From: Antedon mediterranea
Lineage: Eukaryota > Animalia > Echinodermata
Assembly (NCBI RefSeq): GCF_964355755.1
Contig: NC_092677.1
Span: forward strand, 6,656,101 to 6,720,100
Length of the DNA: 64,000 bases
Direction: 5' to 3'
Part shown: in pieces, positions 1 to 11,035 of the stretch
Numbering within the stretch: the first letter of the stretch is position 1
Layout: each line of letters opens with the position of its first letter
The notes under the pieces: generated by a model
Told to the model about the DNA's origin: nothing
The model's database searches: none
Seen by the model: the letters and a program-made list of their open reading frames with translations, nothing else
Made by a program: the position numbers and the translations under genes

Positions 1-428
1 CACCTGTAATTCGCCCACTTTTCGATCGATCGTGAGGCCAAAACAAATGGAAGACTCCTAACTTTTCAGCGAAAATACCGGGTTTTGCCCAATTTGTATC
101 AACGGAGTCTGGCAAAAATAGAAAGACAATTAATGCAGCAACTATACAACGTCAGGCTAGGTATATAGCTCGCGTACGATGTTCGTACGTTACCGATGTT
201 TACCAGCTAGGCCTACAAAACTAAGCCTAGCTAGGCTAGGCCTAAGACCGTCCACGAGAGGTCGATCGCCGCGAGCTACTTAGGTAGTGCATTGTTTCTC
301 ACTTTTTATCATAATTTACCATAAAACGTACATTTAAGACAAGAAATGACATGGTTTAATGTTTTTAAAGTGATATATATGTATAATTTTCCAAAAAACG
401 TCCAAAATTGCAGGGAAGGGGTCTTTAA
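1..428. mobile_element. Right end of a TTAA-flanked (Kolobok-like) non-autonomous DNA element in GK intron 2
   Basis: CpG-rich block ending CAGGGAAGGGGTCT-TTAA, the same style of terminus as the other TTAA elements here. The left end lies outside the window. Confidence 0.4.
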
Positions 429-800
429 CTCAATAAATATTTAAGTATTTCCCTTAAATCGTATTCACTTAACCCAAGTATGAATAATGAATACAGCCAC
501 AGGAGCATAAACATTTTATAAAAACAACCTGAAAATAATGGACATTTTAATTGTATATTCAACTTATGTGAATATATTTAACATTTATTTTTCTTTTCAA
601 TACAAATAAATTTATTAAATCACTCAACAGGGGAAGAAACATCTGTGAAGTAAGCACTGATGCCCTTGGAAATACTGTACTATTTAAATGCATTCCTAAG
701 CCCTTGATGCCCTCCCATAATTAAGTTACCATGAATTTAAAATAACACCCTAGCATTCAACGATGTTTTTAGAAACACCACTCTTTCCCATTTATCTTAC

Positions 801-1458
801 CCTTCTTTCGGAAATGTCTGTGTCAGCTCTGTTTGATGGAAACATATCAATTCGGACGTTTTACTGGAAAATACCTTTGAAGAATGTAACAAAACAGAAA
901 AACTTATGGTCAGTAGTAAAAAATGTCAAATTATGATTTTGTCAAATTATTTATATTTTACTTCTTTATTGAAATTTTAATGTAGAAGCATGGAGCTGTA
1001 GTTCCATGGTAGAAGAAAGGAATATTTATGGTATGCAATCTCTCCCCTTCAAATTTACTAAATGCAAATATTTGAACACCATTGATTGGTGGGTTTTTAA
1101 ATGTCACAAACTTTACAAGAGGTAGTCAATCTAAATGTTAATCATACACTCTTGCAAATATTTCAATTGACATTTACAACAATCTAAATATCCATAATAA
1201 GGCCACCACATAAAAGATTAACTGCCCACACACACACTGCTGATACTGTAGCTAAAATAAATACAGTAGATAAAAAGAAATAGCCTATCACCATCACTCA
1301 ACATAACACACCCCACTGCCACCTTCGCACACCCCCACCACAAATTAATGCTTATCTCCTGAATTCATTCATGCTTGACTTACCAAAAACCGTGTGCTGC
1401 TGGTACCCTGATCAACAGCTCCAATTAAAGGACCGATATCGGTGTTTTTCGCAGACAT
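801..1458 (-). CDS. GK: Glycerol kinase, coding exons 1-2 (gene continues off the left edge)
   Basis: Exon 1 (1458-1384) reads MSAKNTDIGPLIGAVDQGTSSTRFL then gtaagt. Exon 2 (874-801, 74 nt, ag/gtaag flanks) reads VFSSKTSELICFHQTELTQTFPKEG. Matches the FGGY/glycerol kinase N-terminal DQGTSSTR motif and the vertebrate GK exon layout. Not in the ORF track. Confidence 0.93.
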
Positions 1459-2045
1459 ATTGAACACAAATTATCAAGATATATATCACAACTTTAACTA
1501 CAAATCGAAATTGGGACAGAGCAGGGTCAAACCGTTCTGTAAGGGTCAGAAACGTGTTATCAAGTGCTTTGTAAACATTCGTTTTCGCTGATCGAAGAGT
1601 GTGGTCTTGAGGCTGTGTGCAACCAAGCATGTAAACAATTATGTATCCGAGTTGTATGTTGTGATTGGTTACCTACCAACTTTGGAATAATTCATTATAA
1701 CTAAAGGGATGTTAGTACAGTAGTATATACTTTTTTGACGCTATTTTATTAAGTATATATAGTATAACTGTAGTGAAAACGGAAAAAATAAGACAGAAAG
1801 AAATTAAATATACTAATAAATAATAATAATAATAATGTAATGCACCGAAATCCTCCATGGCTTAGGAATTAATTAATTTTATTAAACTTACTTTAGGATT
1901 TGTTATTGTTAATGGACAATTGTTTGAAAATTGAATTGAAAATTGCAATCGGAGTTATCTGGTTTAAGTTGATTTGCTATAACCATCTTAGTTTAGTTAA
2001 ATCTTACATATAATCTTATTTATTAAAAAAAAATACCATACTTAC

Positions 2046-3955
2046 CGTATAGGTGTACTGTATATAGTTCGAACAATTCACATGAGCTGCTCTTGTATAA
2101 AGTCCATTTTGCTCCTAAAAGTCTGTCAAAGGAAACTCACCCCCCCCCCCCCCTCCAATTTCAAAATTGGTCATGGCAACAATGTTGATATTAATAACGC
2201 AATACGTTTTTCTTTGCATACATCGTTTTTTTAAGAACCTTAACCTTTGCGCGTTCCATACTTAATAGGCCCTCGATTCTACACTAAAAAACAATCGAAC
2301 CAATTTAATTTAACTTTGAGCGTCAAAGAGATGACTTTAATATTTGTCTTTTGTATGGTACGCTTAGGTATGGCACGCGCAAACATCAATGGTCTTAAGC
2401 AAATCTATTGATTAATTTGTAAAGTAACATTTGTAAATGTTGCGATATACTTTACCCTGTTCATATTCACAGATGTATGGCGCGGAGGTTGCAGGCTGGT
2501 TACAGGTCTCTGTAGTCCATCGGAACCCGTTTGAATAATCAAGGCGCGTACATTTGCGTCCGCTTGTAGACGGTTCCGTTACCCAGTCTGAATAGCTGTA
2601 AAATGATCGTACAACATGTAGTAAAGAGAAGTTCCCGTAGCAAATTAAACGTTGGGAATGTCAGTCAGAACTTTTAAGCTATCAATGAAACTGGCAATGC
2701 GATCTTTAGATAGTATGTTCTTTTTTATTTTGCAATGAACTTAAACCCGACTTATGACGTCATATAGAGGACCTATGGTTTGGTATATAAACAGGCGCGA
2801 ATTTTCGACCGTATCCGATTTGGTCGATTCTAACGTGTATAATACATAAGTCGTAGATCGTTGTGAGACACACATTTTATATCATTTTATAGGCCTATTA
2901 AAGATGTATTGTTCCCCTGAAAAATAATGTTTAAAATAGTTTTTGTTGCATATGCCAAGTTAATGTCACATAGGCCTAATAGTTATTCACTTTCACTTTC
3001 CAGCCAGTGGATTTTGTTGAATTTAACCATTTATTATGTTATTTTATAAGTGAAAGCATTTTTTTTCCCTACGGAAGTGATTATAACTTTATTAAAACTA
3101 CAAAATAACCTATTCAAAGTCTGATTTAATTAATCTTCATGTTTCTTTTGGGGGATAATAAATCTTTAAATGTGGGCTCTAAGTCGTGTTAGGAACTAAT
3201 AACTCACCTATAAAGAAGACCATTCTCCCATTGGAATGGTGCGCCTGTAGTTGGTTGATGAAGACCAATCCAAAAGTCAAACGTATAATGGTTCACCATT
3301 CCTTGGATTGCCTGCTGCTCTTCATTTGACGTGATGGTCGCCAGGCGATAGCCAGTGCCACGCGATGCACATGCACTTGATGCGGTCGACCAGGTGGTTG
3401 CCGTGACGTCATGGATGTAGTAACATGATGTTTCGTAACTTTGTTCGCCGATTGGACAACCTATAAATTTAAGTTTTCAAAATTCAAAAGAATCATGTCA
3501 AGATTACTACAGTATAGTAACTGCAGTAGAATAAATTTGAGTCTATGTGAGTGAATTATCACAATCAATATAGCCTTCTTCTTCTTCTTCTTCTTCTTCT
3601 TCATGTATCAAGTCCGGTTCTCATAGCGACTCTGAAAACTTCTTCAACATTACAGTTTGAGTTCTTTTGCAGTCCTTTCTATAAACATAGCTCTTTGATT
3701 TCCTCTTGCTTTCCTCCCTTCGATCTTCCCTGTTAAAAATTAAATGTTCCAGTTTTTTCTTTCTGAGCAGATGTCCCATAAATTATATTTCCTCCATTTC
3801 ATGCCAGCTGTTACACTACCTGTAATCATGACTTATTATAGGCCTACATTTCTTTTTATTTCACAAACTAACTTGAATTTTTAAAAAATAAGCTGAATCT
3901 TACCCTTGACTGTTGGTATAAGTAAAAATAATATAAACCAGAAATGACTTCGCAT
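2046..3955 (-). CDS. Secreted C-type lectin domain protein (3' end unresolved)
   Basis: Exons: 3955-3904 (signal peptide MRSHFWFILFLLIPTVKG), 3460-3208 (CPIGEQSYETSCYY...C...LATI...WIGL...FQWENG), 2595-2456 (YSDW..EPS...C...WTTETC...YICE), and probably 2114-2046. All GT-AG with compatible phases (1,2,1). CTLD cysteine and WIGL pattern present. Confidence 0.88.
2898..3169. mobile_element. Kolobok-like MITE, short subfamily
   Basis: TTAA-AGATGTATTGTTCCCC...GGGGATAATAAATCT-TTAA. Interior is homologous to 16458, 33747 and 53833. Confidence 0.75.
3575..3800 (-). mobile_element. 3' fragment of an RTE-clade LINE with (GAA)n tail
   Basis: Minus strand reads MGHLLRKKKLEHLI / TGKIEREKARGNQR (frameshifted), typical of the RTE ORF2 C-terminus, then a stop and a (GAA)n tail. 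Lies in lectin intron 1. Confidence 0.7.
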
Positions 3956-4651
3956 GCCTAACATTGTGAAACAGCACTATTTTTTGTGGTTGGTTGGTTC
4001 CTTGCTTAATAAGTACCGTACTAATAATGTAATCGAGAACCAGAAAGCTGGATATATACGCGTCGTATCATACATTATTCGAAATTTAATCTTTTCTTTT
4101 CCTCTAATAAAGTAATTACATTACCTAGCCGTTAATTTGTTGTAACGTTGACTAATTACATATTTTTTCATTATTCATATGGTATATGCTACGTCATTTT
4201 AACAAATCACACCAAGATTGATTTATGATTGATTCTTTGCGTAACGCCTCGTCAAATTTATTATTAGCTTGTGTATGTTTGTTGTATGTTTATTCGTTGG
4301 TTTGTACATTTTGTAAAATAATTATCATAAAAAGGGACAAGAAAGTGGTTATTAATCTTGAGGTATGTGCATCCATGGAGGAAATATTCTGTATATTTCC
4401 TCCATGGTGCATCTTCTATGAGCAAAAATATTTAATAGCACGCCCTCTCTGTCGCACTCGACTGAACTTTACCAAGTATTTCCCTCAGTTTCCGATCGAG
4501 TGCTTATTGATTGATCTTAACGTTTCAGCAAAAAATGAAAATAACCAACCAATCCGAGTTATTCAAAGCAGTCATGTAAATACCAAATCTAAAAATAGCA
4601 TAACACGGACATTTTGAAATGAAAAAGAAAATAGTTTTGGGTCACGATTAC

Positions 4652-6692
4652 CATGGATTAAAGAATAGAAGGATATGCATCGACGTGAGATCAAGGGTTC
4701 CTTGACTCTCGCCGACAGACCGCGGACCGCCCACAATGTTATCAGTTTAATTAACCGCATGGTAACAACGAAACGGTCGCGTGCCTAATATATTGTTTAC
4801 TGCACATGTGCAACGACATTTAACCTTGTTGGCTACGCTTCTTTTGCGCGTTCTTTGGTGGCATGATGTTTTAGCGCTAGCAACAATGGCGACGAACAAT
4901 TTATACGACGACGAATTTAGTTACTGTATAACCTTTCTGATGAGGAATTGTAGATGCTATAATTGTAATTAGTATAGGTTTCTGCCGCGATTGATCTAGG
5001 CCTACGCTAATGTTTTTATGACATTAAAGTAGCATTTTATGACCTGTAGTAGCCCTACATCTGAGACAATAACTATTTGTTGTCTCAGCCTACATGTACA
5101 ATTACAAAATCAGCAAGGATACTAGGCCTAGGCCTTCTAGTAAACCATATGATTTGCCGACATTGATACTACCTAGGTAGGCCTAGGCTAATCTTAAGTG
5201 TAGTAGATACAACGTGTAATCATTATCTATATACTCACCGTTGTCTTACTTCTTGTGTGAATAATAATAGGTACTTCTGCGTGTACTTTTCAAAACGACC
5301 GCTAGGTAACGAATCGCAACTATACATAGCCAGCCAATCCCGGATCAGGGATCGCTGTTTTCATTCAATTAGACAATGGATTAAAGAATAGAAGGATATG
5401 CATCGACGGTGACATCAAACGATTTTAGAACGCACTTGCCTATACTAAAGCACTGCTGCCAATCAAACAAACACGCTCATTGAACTCCGTGTCTCTTCTT
5501 TCGCGCGTTCTTTGGTGGAATGATGTTTTAGCGCTAGCAACAATGGCGACGAACAATTTATACGACGACGAATTTAGTTATAACCTTTCTGATGAGGAAT
5601 TGTAGATGCTATAATTGTAATTAGTATAGGTTTCTGCCGCGATTGATCTACGCTAATGTTTTTATGACATTAAAGTAGCATTTTATGACCCGTCGTAGCC
5701 CTACATCTGAGACAATAACTATTTGTTGTCTCAGCCTACATGAAAAATTACAAAATCAGCAAGGATACTAGGCCTAGGCCTTCTAGGCTTACTAGTAAAC
5801 CATATGATTTGCCGACATTGATACTGCCTAGGTAGGCCTAGGCTAATCTTAAGTGTAGTAGATACAACGTGTAATCATGATCTATATACTCACTGTTGTC
5901 TTACTTCTTGTGTGAATAATAATAGGTACTTCGTTTGTTCGTGATTAAGTTTGCATGCCCTTCGTGTACTTTTCAAAACGACCGCTAGGTAACGAATCGC
6001 AACTATACATTACATAGCCAGCCAATCCCGGATCAGGGATCGCTGTTTTCATTCAATTAGACCCGGTGATTGGATGTGATGTGGATGACATAACCACTAG
6101 CCAATCACCAGGCACTACAATTTAAATATAATCACATCGATAATTAAGGAGATTTATGAAGAAACCACTGCTTAGCCATATATTAAAAACACGATTGTTG
6201 TATGGGTGAATACCGGCCACGCTAACAACATACATGGTCAAATGCATAATTTAATATTCTATAGATTAACGCAATTTTTAATGACAGAAGATGGCAGGCA
6301 AATAATGATAATTCAAATATAAAAATTGCATATTTTATTAATATTACCAACTACTTAAAATTACCAGTCGTAAGAAAGTGAACTTTTCGCAGTCCGATTG
6401 TGATGAAACTAAAACAGAATTATTCAGCAATATATTTTTGTTGTCAATTAATCATCGACGCAGACATGTCAATAGAACATTCAGACTGCGCATACGATTT
6501 CTACATGGTTACGTTTTGGTCTCAAAAAATGTAACAGTTGATTCGCAGCGTTTTACAGAGGGCCGCGGTTAGAGACACGGAGTTCAATGAGCGTGTTTGT
6601 TTGATTGGCAGCAGTGCTTTAGTATAGGCAAGCGCGTTGTAACATCGTTTGATGTCACCGTCGATGCATATCCTTCTATTCTTTAATCCATG
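4652..6692. mobile_element. ~2.04 kb non-autonomous TIR element, P-element/Galileo-like
   Basis: Termini CATGGATTAAAGAATAGAAGGATATGCATCGACG and its reverse complement. Perfect 7-bp TSD CGATTAC at 4645-4651 and 6693-6699. Internal ~540-bp direct duplication and a third internal TIR. No transposase ORF. Confidence 0.85.
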
Positions 6693-6867
6693 CGATTACA
6701 TAGTACGGATGCTGTTTACGTAAGGTTTCTATAAAATGCTATCAGTATTGCGTGTTCCCGCAGAACACATATTCATAAACTACGTTCCTTTGGTTCCTTT
6801 TTTTTATATAGAAGTTTGTTAATGTCATATGTTTTAATATAGAAACTTATGTGTGACATTTCGTAAC

Positions 6868-7290
6868 ATGGTGACTATCGTAGCGAACTTTATGCCACTT
6901 TGTGTTTTACTCGGGTCAGATGTTGTTGTAACGAGTGGTGTGGAAGGAATTGAAGAAAATCATGTAGTAAGCTGGCTTAGAAATGGAGAAGAGATTACTA
7001 GAGGAGAAGAAATATTAGCAGATGACCACTGCAGCGAACGTATACATCCTCGTGTTGGCGCGAATGGTTTAGTCATGCTTGAAATAACCAATGTAGAGCA
7101 AGTTGATGAAGCTACGTATTCTCTGAGAGTTTACGAACGGCGCCATGACGGAACTCTCAATCAAATTGCGCAAAGTGACGTCATGTTTGTTAACTTTGGC
7201 CAACAATGCGATGACGACATGGATTACAGAATGGACATTGTTTACAATACAAGAGGAGGAGAATCTAATCAAGATTTTGGTTATGCATAA
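6868..7290 (+). CDS. Single Ig(V-like)-domain protein, paralog 1
   Basis: ATG 6868 aligns with the paralog starts. Motifs VSWLRNG, ERI, LEITNV, DEATYSL. Acceptor ag at 6841-6842 and candidate upstream donor at 6720. Confidence 0.72.
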   Translation: MVTIVANFMPLCVLLGSDVVVTSGVEGIEENHVVSWLRNGEEITRGEEILADDHCSERIHPRVGANGLVMLEITNVEQVDEATYSLRVYERRHDGTLNQIAQSDVMFVNFGQQCDDDMDYRMDIVYNTRGGESNQDFGYA

Positions 7291-8087
7291 CAACTATAAC
7301 TTTCTTGGTTTTAAAGATGTTGTAGGCCTATGTTTCATGTTTAAATTAATTAACATTTACTGATTCGTTTTAGACTTTGTTTTTAATGGTAATCTTCTTA
7401 TATTTTAGCAAAATGACATACTGAATATGATATTTAGCGCTAAGAAACTGAGCGAACACTTAGCGATAAAGAAGAAGGCGTGCTCAGTTGTTATTTCGTC
7501 CCATATTGAAAAACATAACTCGAGATTTTAAATAAGCATTTGACGTCACCAATATATCAATTTGCTGCAGGCATGGTCTGTACATGAATTATTCGGTAAC
7601 GATTAACTTAAAAATTGTTGAAAACAAACAAACCGATTACCTACTATTAAACAAGAAATGAGGACATTTGACAGCTATAGAAAATCTTTTGAATATTATA
7701 GAACGACTAAAATGACTACCCGTCCTCTTATAATAAACATCACATAATCAATATAATATTAATCACAATAAAATCGACTTCTATCGACTTCTATAGTTTA
7801 TGTCGTTGTTTCTCTTCCTTATAATCAATATTGTACTTTAAATATATGAAAATAAAGTAGGCCTAAATGTAATTGTACAGGCCTTTTTTTGGCTGATAGG
7901 TAGCGATTACATAATATCTGAAGCAGGCCGCTGATCTGAGTTCGGAGAAACGGCACGGTACCTTTGGTAAAATGGTCTTTATGTACCATATATTTAGCTA
8001 GTTAGAAATTGCATTATTCAAATTGTACACACCATGGTCGGTTAGTTTTGTCATTCAACCGTTAACGTAGTCTAGAATAGTTAAACT

Positions 8088-8175
8088 GGGAAATCCGTTA
8101 GTTTTATAAATAATGCTTATCGATTGAAATTGTGGTTTGTATCAGCAGAACTGTCACGTCATTGCAAAAGTGAGT
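8088..8175 (+). promoter_or_regulatory. Putative promoter and non-coding exon 1 of Ig paralog 2
   Basis: GGGAAATCC (8088), TATAAA (8105), TCAG 37 nt after the TATA, ATG-free short exon, donor gtgagt at 8170. Same order and spacing at paralog 3. Confidence 0.45.
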
Positions 8176-8593
8176 CAATTAAATCATTTATTTTGCTTGC
8201 ATTTATAGTGTCTGTGTCGTATGTGTAATCTTAGGAAATACTCGTCTACGTTATATTCTAAAACACCATTCATTGAAGTCACTGATCTGATGTTTCCATT
8301 ATTTGAAACGAATTGGGAAACCAGAAATACTTATATGCCTACTGTATATGCATCACATATTCCTTTGAAAGAAGGCATAGAGTAGAATTATTAATGTTTT
8401 GCTTATCATAGGTTTAGGCCGTAGGCGTAATTTTGGTGCAAAGTTAATTAGGCAACAAACGATGACATTTTACCTGGGTGCTGTGTTTAACAATAGGTGT
8501 CTGGCTTTTTAACTTGCTACAAACTGATCGGCGCAAAGAATAAGTTTCTGAAACTATTTTCTATGCCTTGTCGTTCACTACAGGTATAAGAAC

Positions 8594-9127
8594 ATGCTGA
8601 TTATCTCTGAGCTGTTACCAACGTGCGTATTCCTTGGTTCAACGATAACCTGTTCTGTGCAAATATACGGTTTAAATGATAACCATGTGATTGGTTGGCT
8701 TCATAACGATGCTCAGATAATACTTGGTGGAGAAAGCATCCTTGACCGATACAGAGGACGTGTAACTAGGCCTACTTCTACCGAAGCTGTTGAAACTGGA
8801 CAACACTGGGAAATGTTAGAGATAATTGATACTGGAGAGCTCGATTCTGGAATATACTCAGTGGTCGTCTTTGATCGTTTAGATAATGGCACACTGCATC
8901 AGGTGGCACAAGGAGAAGCAGGTTTTCTTGAAGTAATAAATAGGCCTACCAACGAAACCGAGTGTGTCCGTATTAATTATTTTTCTGCCATGAAACCAAA
9001 TAAACCTGGAATTTCACATTATAAAAAAGGAAGGAAAGGAAAGAAAAAGAAATCAAAGAAAAAGAACAAAAAACAAAAGAAAAACAAAAAAAAAGTTAGG
9101 TTAATTAAAGTTAAAAAAATAAACTAG
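8594..9127 (+). CDS. Single Ig(V-like)-domain protein, paralog 2, with Lys-rich tail
   Basis: LPTCVFLGS..IGWLHN..RYRGRV..MLEI.D...DSGIYSVVV. Acceptor cag ends at 8583. Highly similar to paralog 3. Confidence 0.75.
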   Translation: MLIISELLPTCVFLGSTITCSVQIYGLNDNHVIGWLHNDAQIILGGESILDRYRGRVTRPTSTEAVETGQHWEMLEIIDTGELDSGIYSVVVFDRLDNGTLHQVAQGEAGFLEVINRPTNETECVRINYFSAMKPNKPGISHYKKGRKGKKKKSKKKNKKQKKNKKKVRLIKVKKIN

Positions 9128-10130
9128 AAAATGGTAGAAAACAAAAAGATCGGGGTTTTTTTTACAAACGGTTCAAGGAATTACAAATTATCGATTTATT
9201 AATATTTGTGCCTATCATAGAAATGTTGTAGTACAATTAGGCCTACATTTTAAAATTAAGAAACGAAAAGACTTAATTCTTATCAACATATAGTTGATTC
9301 GTTTTAAATATGTAACTTTAATCAAATTCATTTACAAATAAAAATTAATTTAAAAGTCGATTATTTTAGTCTCGTGATTGCTACTTTATGATGGTGGTAT
9401 GCGAATGAGTGTTATCATGGTTTTTCATTATACAGTGAGACCAGATACTCATGCAACAGAATAGAAAATGGTCTATGGAAAAAAAATTAATAGATTGATA
9501 GCATCAAATTCATACATGAAGCTAACAACAGGACACCAAGTTCGTGTTTATGCATACACGCTTCAGTTTTAACATTAATAATTATTTTCCATGGTAAATT
9601 AATTGTGTTTCTAATAGACCTCTTACTAAAATTGCACATTTGTGCAGTATTGATATGCTGACGGTCACTTTCTAACCCGGATTAATAACTGTATAATGAT
9701 TGATATGTATATCGTAATCGTCTTTTAATTCAGGTGATGCAACATTATTCTAATATGTTAAATTTAAATAGAAATAAATTGAATTATATGTATTAATTTT
9801 TCCTGCCAATTTGTTGTGTAAAAAAATAAAGAAAAGGCAAAAAATGTATTAATTTGACTGAACCAAAAACTGTAATTTTGACTGATCGTAAGACTCAGCC
9901 GGTTTTTCCACACCAAAGGTAGCGGGAATGGTCTGGTTTTCGAGGAGACACGACCCAAATTTCATTACGGTACAAGTCCGGTAAGAGACTTTTACACATC
10001 CGTAATCTGGTTAGTTTGTGTTGATAATTTCCTGCTAACATAACCACCAACGACGTATGTTAAGTTATATTAATATATTATATATTATATATAATAACCA
10101 TGAAACTATTTTAGAGATTCGTGAATAATC

Positions 10131-10245
10131 TGGAAAATCCACGATTCTTGCAAATATAATGTAATGCCTCTCATTGTTCTTTAAAATCAAATCAGCATCA
10201 GTAGGCATATCCATAGAATAAACATATTCGCAATCTAAGGTGAGT
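10131..10245 (+). promoter_or_regulatory. Putative promoter and non-coding exon 1 of Ig paralog 3
   Basis: TGGAAAATCC (10131), TATAA (10155), TCAG 37 nt later, donor gtgagt at 10240. The donor is followed by the same atcatttattttgc intron start as in paralog 2. Confidence 0.45.
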
Positions 10246-10648
10246 TATCATTTATTTTGCGTAGAATGTGTCGTAGATTTAATTATGTACAGAAGGTTGT
10301 CTGTTCCTCTTGGTCCGTTTCAGAAACATTGTAAATCAATAATTGTGTTTGAATTCATGATTTATGCGGTTATAGGTAAAACGGAATTGGGATGAATAGG
10401 TTAAACAATTATACCTAGAAAATAATACTGTAAAAGTAACCCTCTGGAAAAGATATTATATGCAAAACTTTACGAGTCAAAAAAGTACTTAGTCGATGAG
10501 TTTCTGCAGGCGACTGTGGCTATTACGGTACTTACACTGAGTAGAGTGCCTACTCTCATGTTTAGTTCGATTTCTCTCAATTGAATAGACCAATGAATGT
10601 TTTGCTATAATTATATACTATTAATTATTGTCTTTCACAGGTAACAAA

Positions 10649-11035
10649 ATGATGATTACATCCCAACTTTTGCCAATATGTGTGTTCATTGGTTCAATAA
10701 CAACCTGTTCAGTTAACATACACGGTTTAAATGAAAATCATGCGATTGGTTGGCTTCATAACGGTGAACTGATAATGCTAGATGGAGAAACCATCATTGA
10801 CCGATACCGGGGACGTGTAAATACCTCTACCAGAACTATTGAAACTGGACTCCACTTGGGAATGTTGGAAATAAATGATACTGAAGAGCTCGATTCTGGC
10901 ATATACTCAGTGGTGGTCTTTGATCGGCTGAATAATGGCACGCTGCATCACGTGGCAGATGGAGAAGCAGGCGAAGTCAATATAGTGAATTTAGAAACAA
11001 CAGTGATTCAACGAGTTAAATTTTCCTTTCCATGA
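10649..11035 (+). CDS. Single Ig(V-like)-domain protein, paralog 3
   Basis: MMITSQLLPICVFIGS..IGWLHNG..RYRGRV..MLEIND...DSGIYSVVV. Acceptor cag ends at 10640. Confidence 0.75.
   Translation: MMITSQLLPICVFIGSITTCSVNIHGLNENHAIGWLHNGELIMLDGETIIDRYRGRVNTSTRTIETGLHLGMLEINDTEELDSGIYSVVVFDRLNNGTLHHVADGEAGEVNIVNLETTVIQRVKFSFP

Noticed and set aside
3575-3730. Apparent small-GTPase-like motifs (MFIERTAK, NVEEVF) and a poly-Leu ORF
   Set aside because: Better explained as an RTE LINE C-terminus with a (GAA)n tail.
3742-3819. Possible extra lectin exon after the acceptor at 3820
   Set aside because: Hits an in-frame stop inside the RTE fragment; exon 1 joins 3460 in phase.
4225-4617. 130-aa ORF between the lectin and the transposon
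   Set aside because: No recognisable motif or splice context; composition fits chance AT-rich ORFs.
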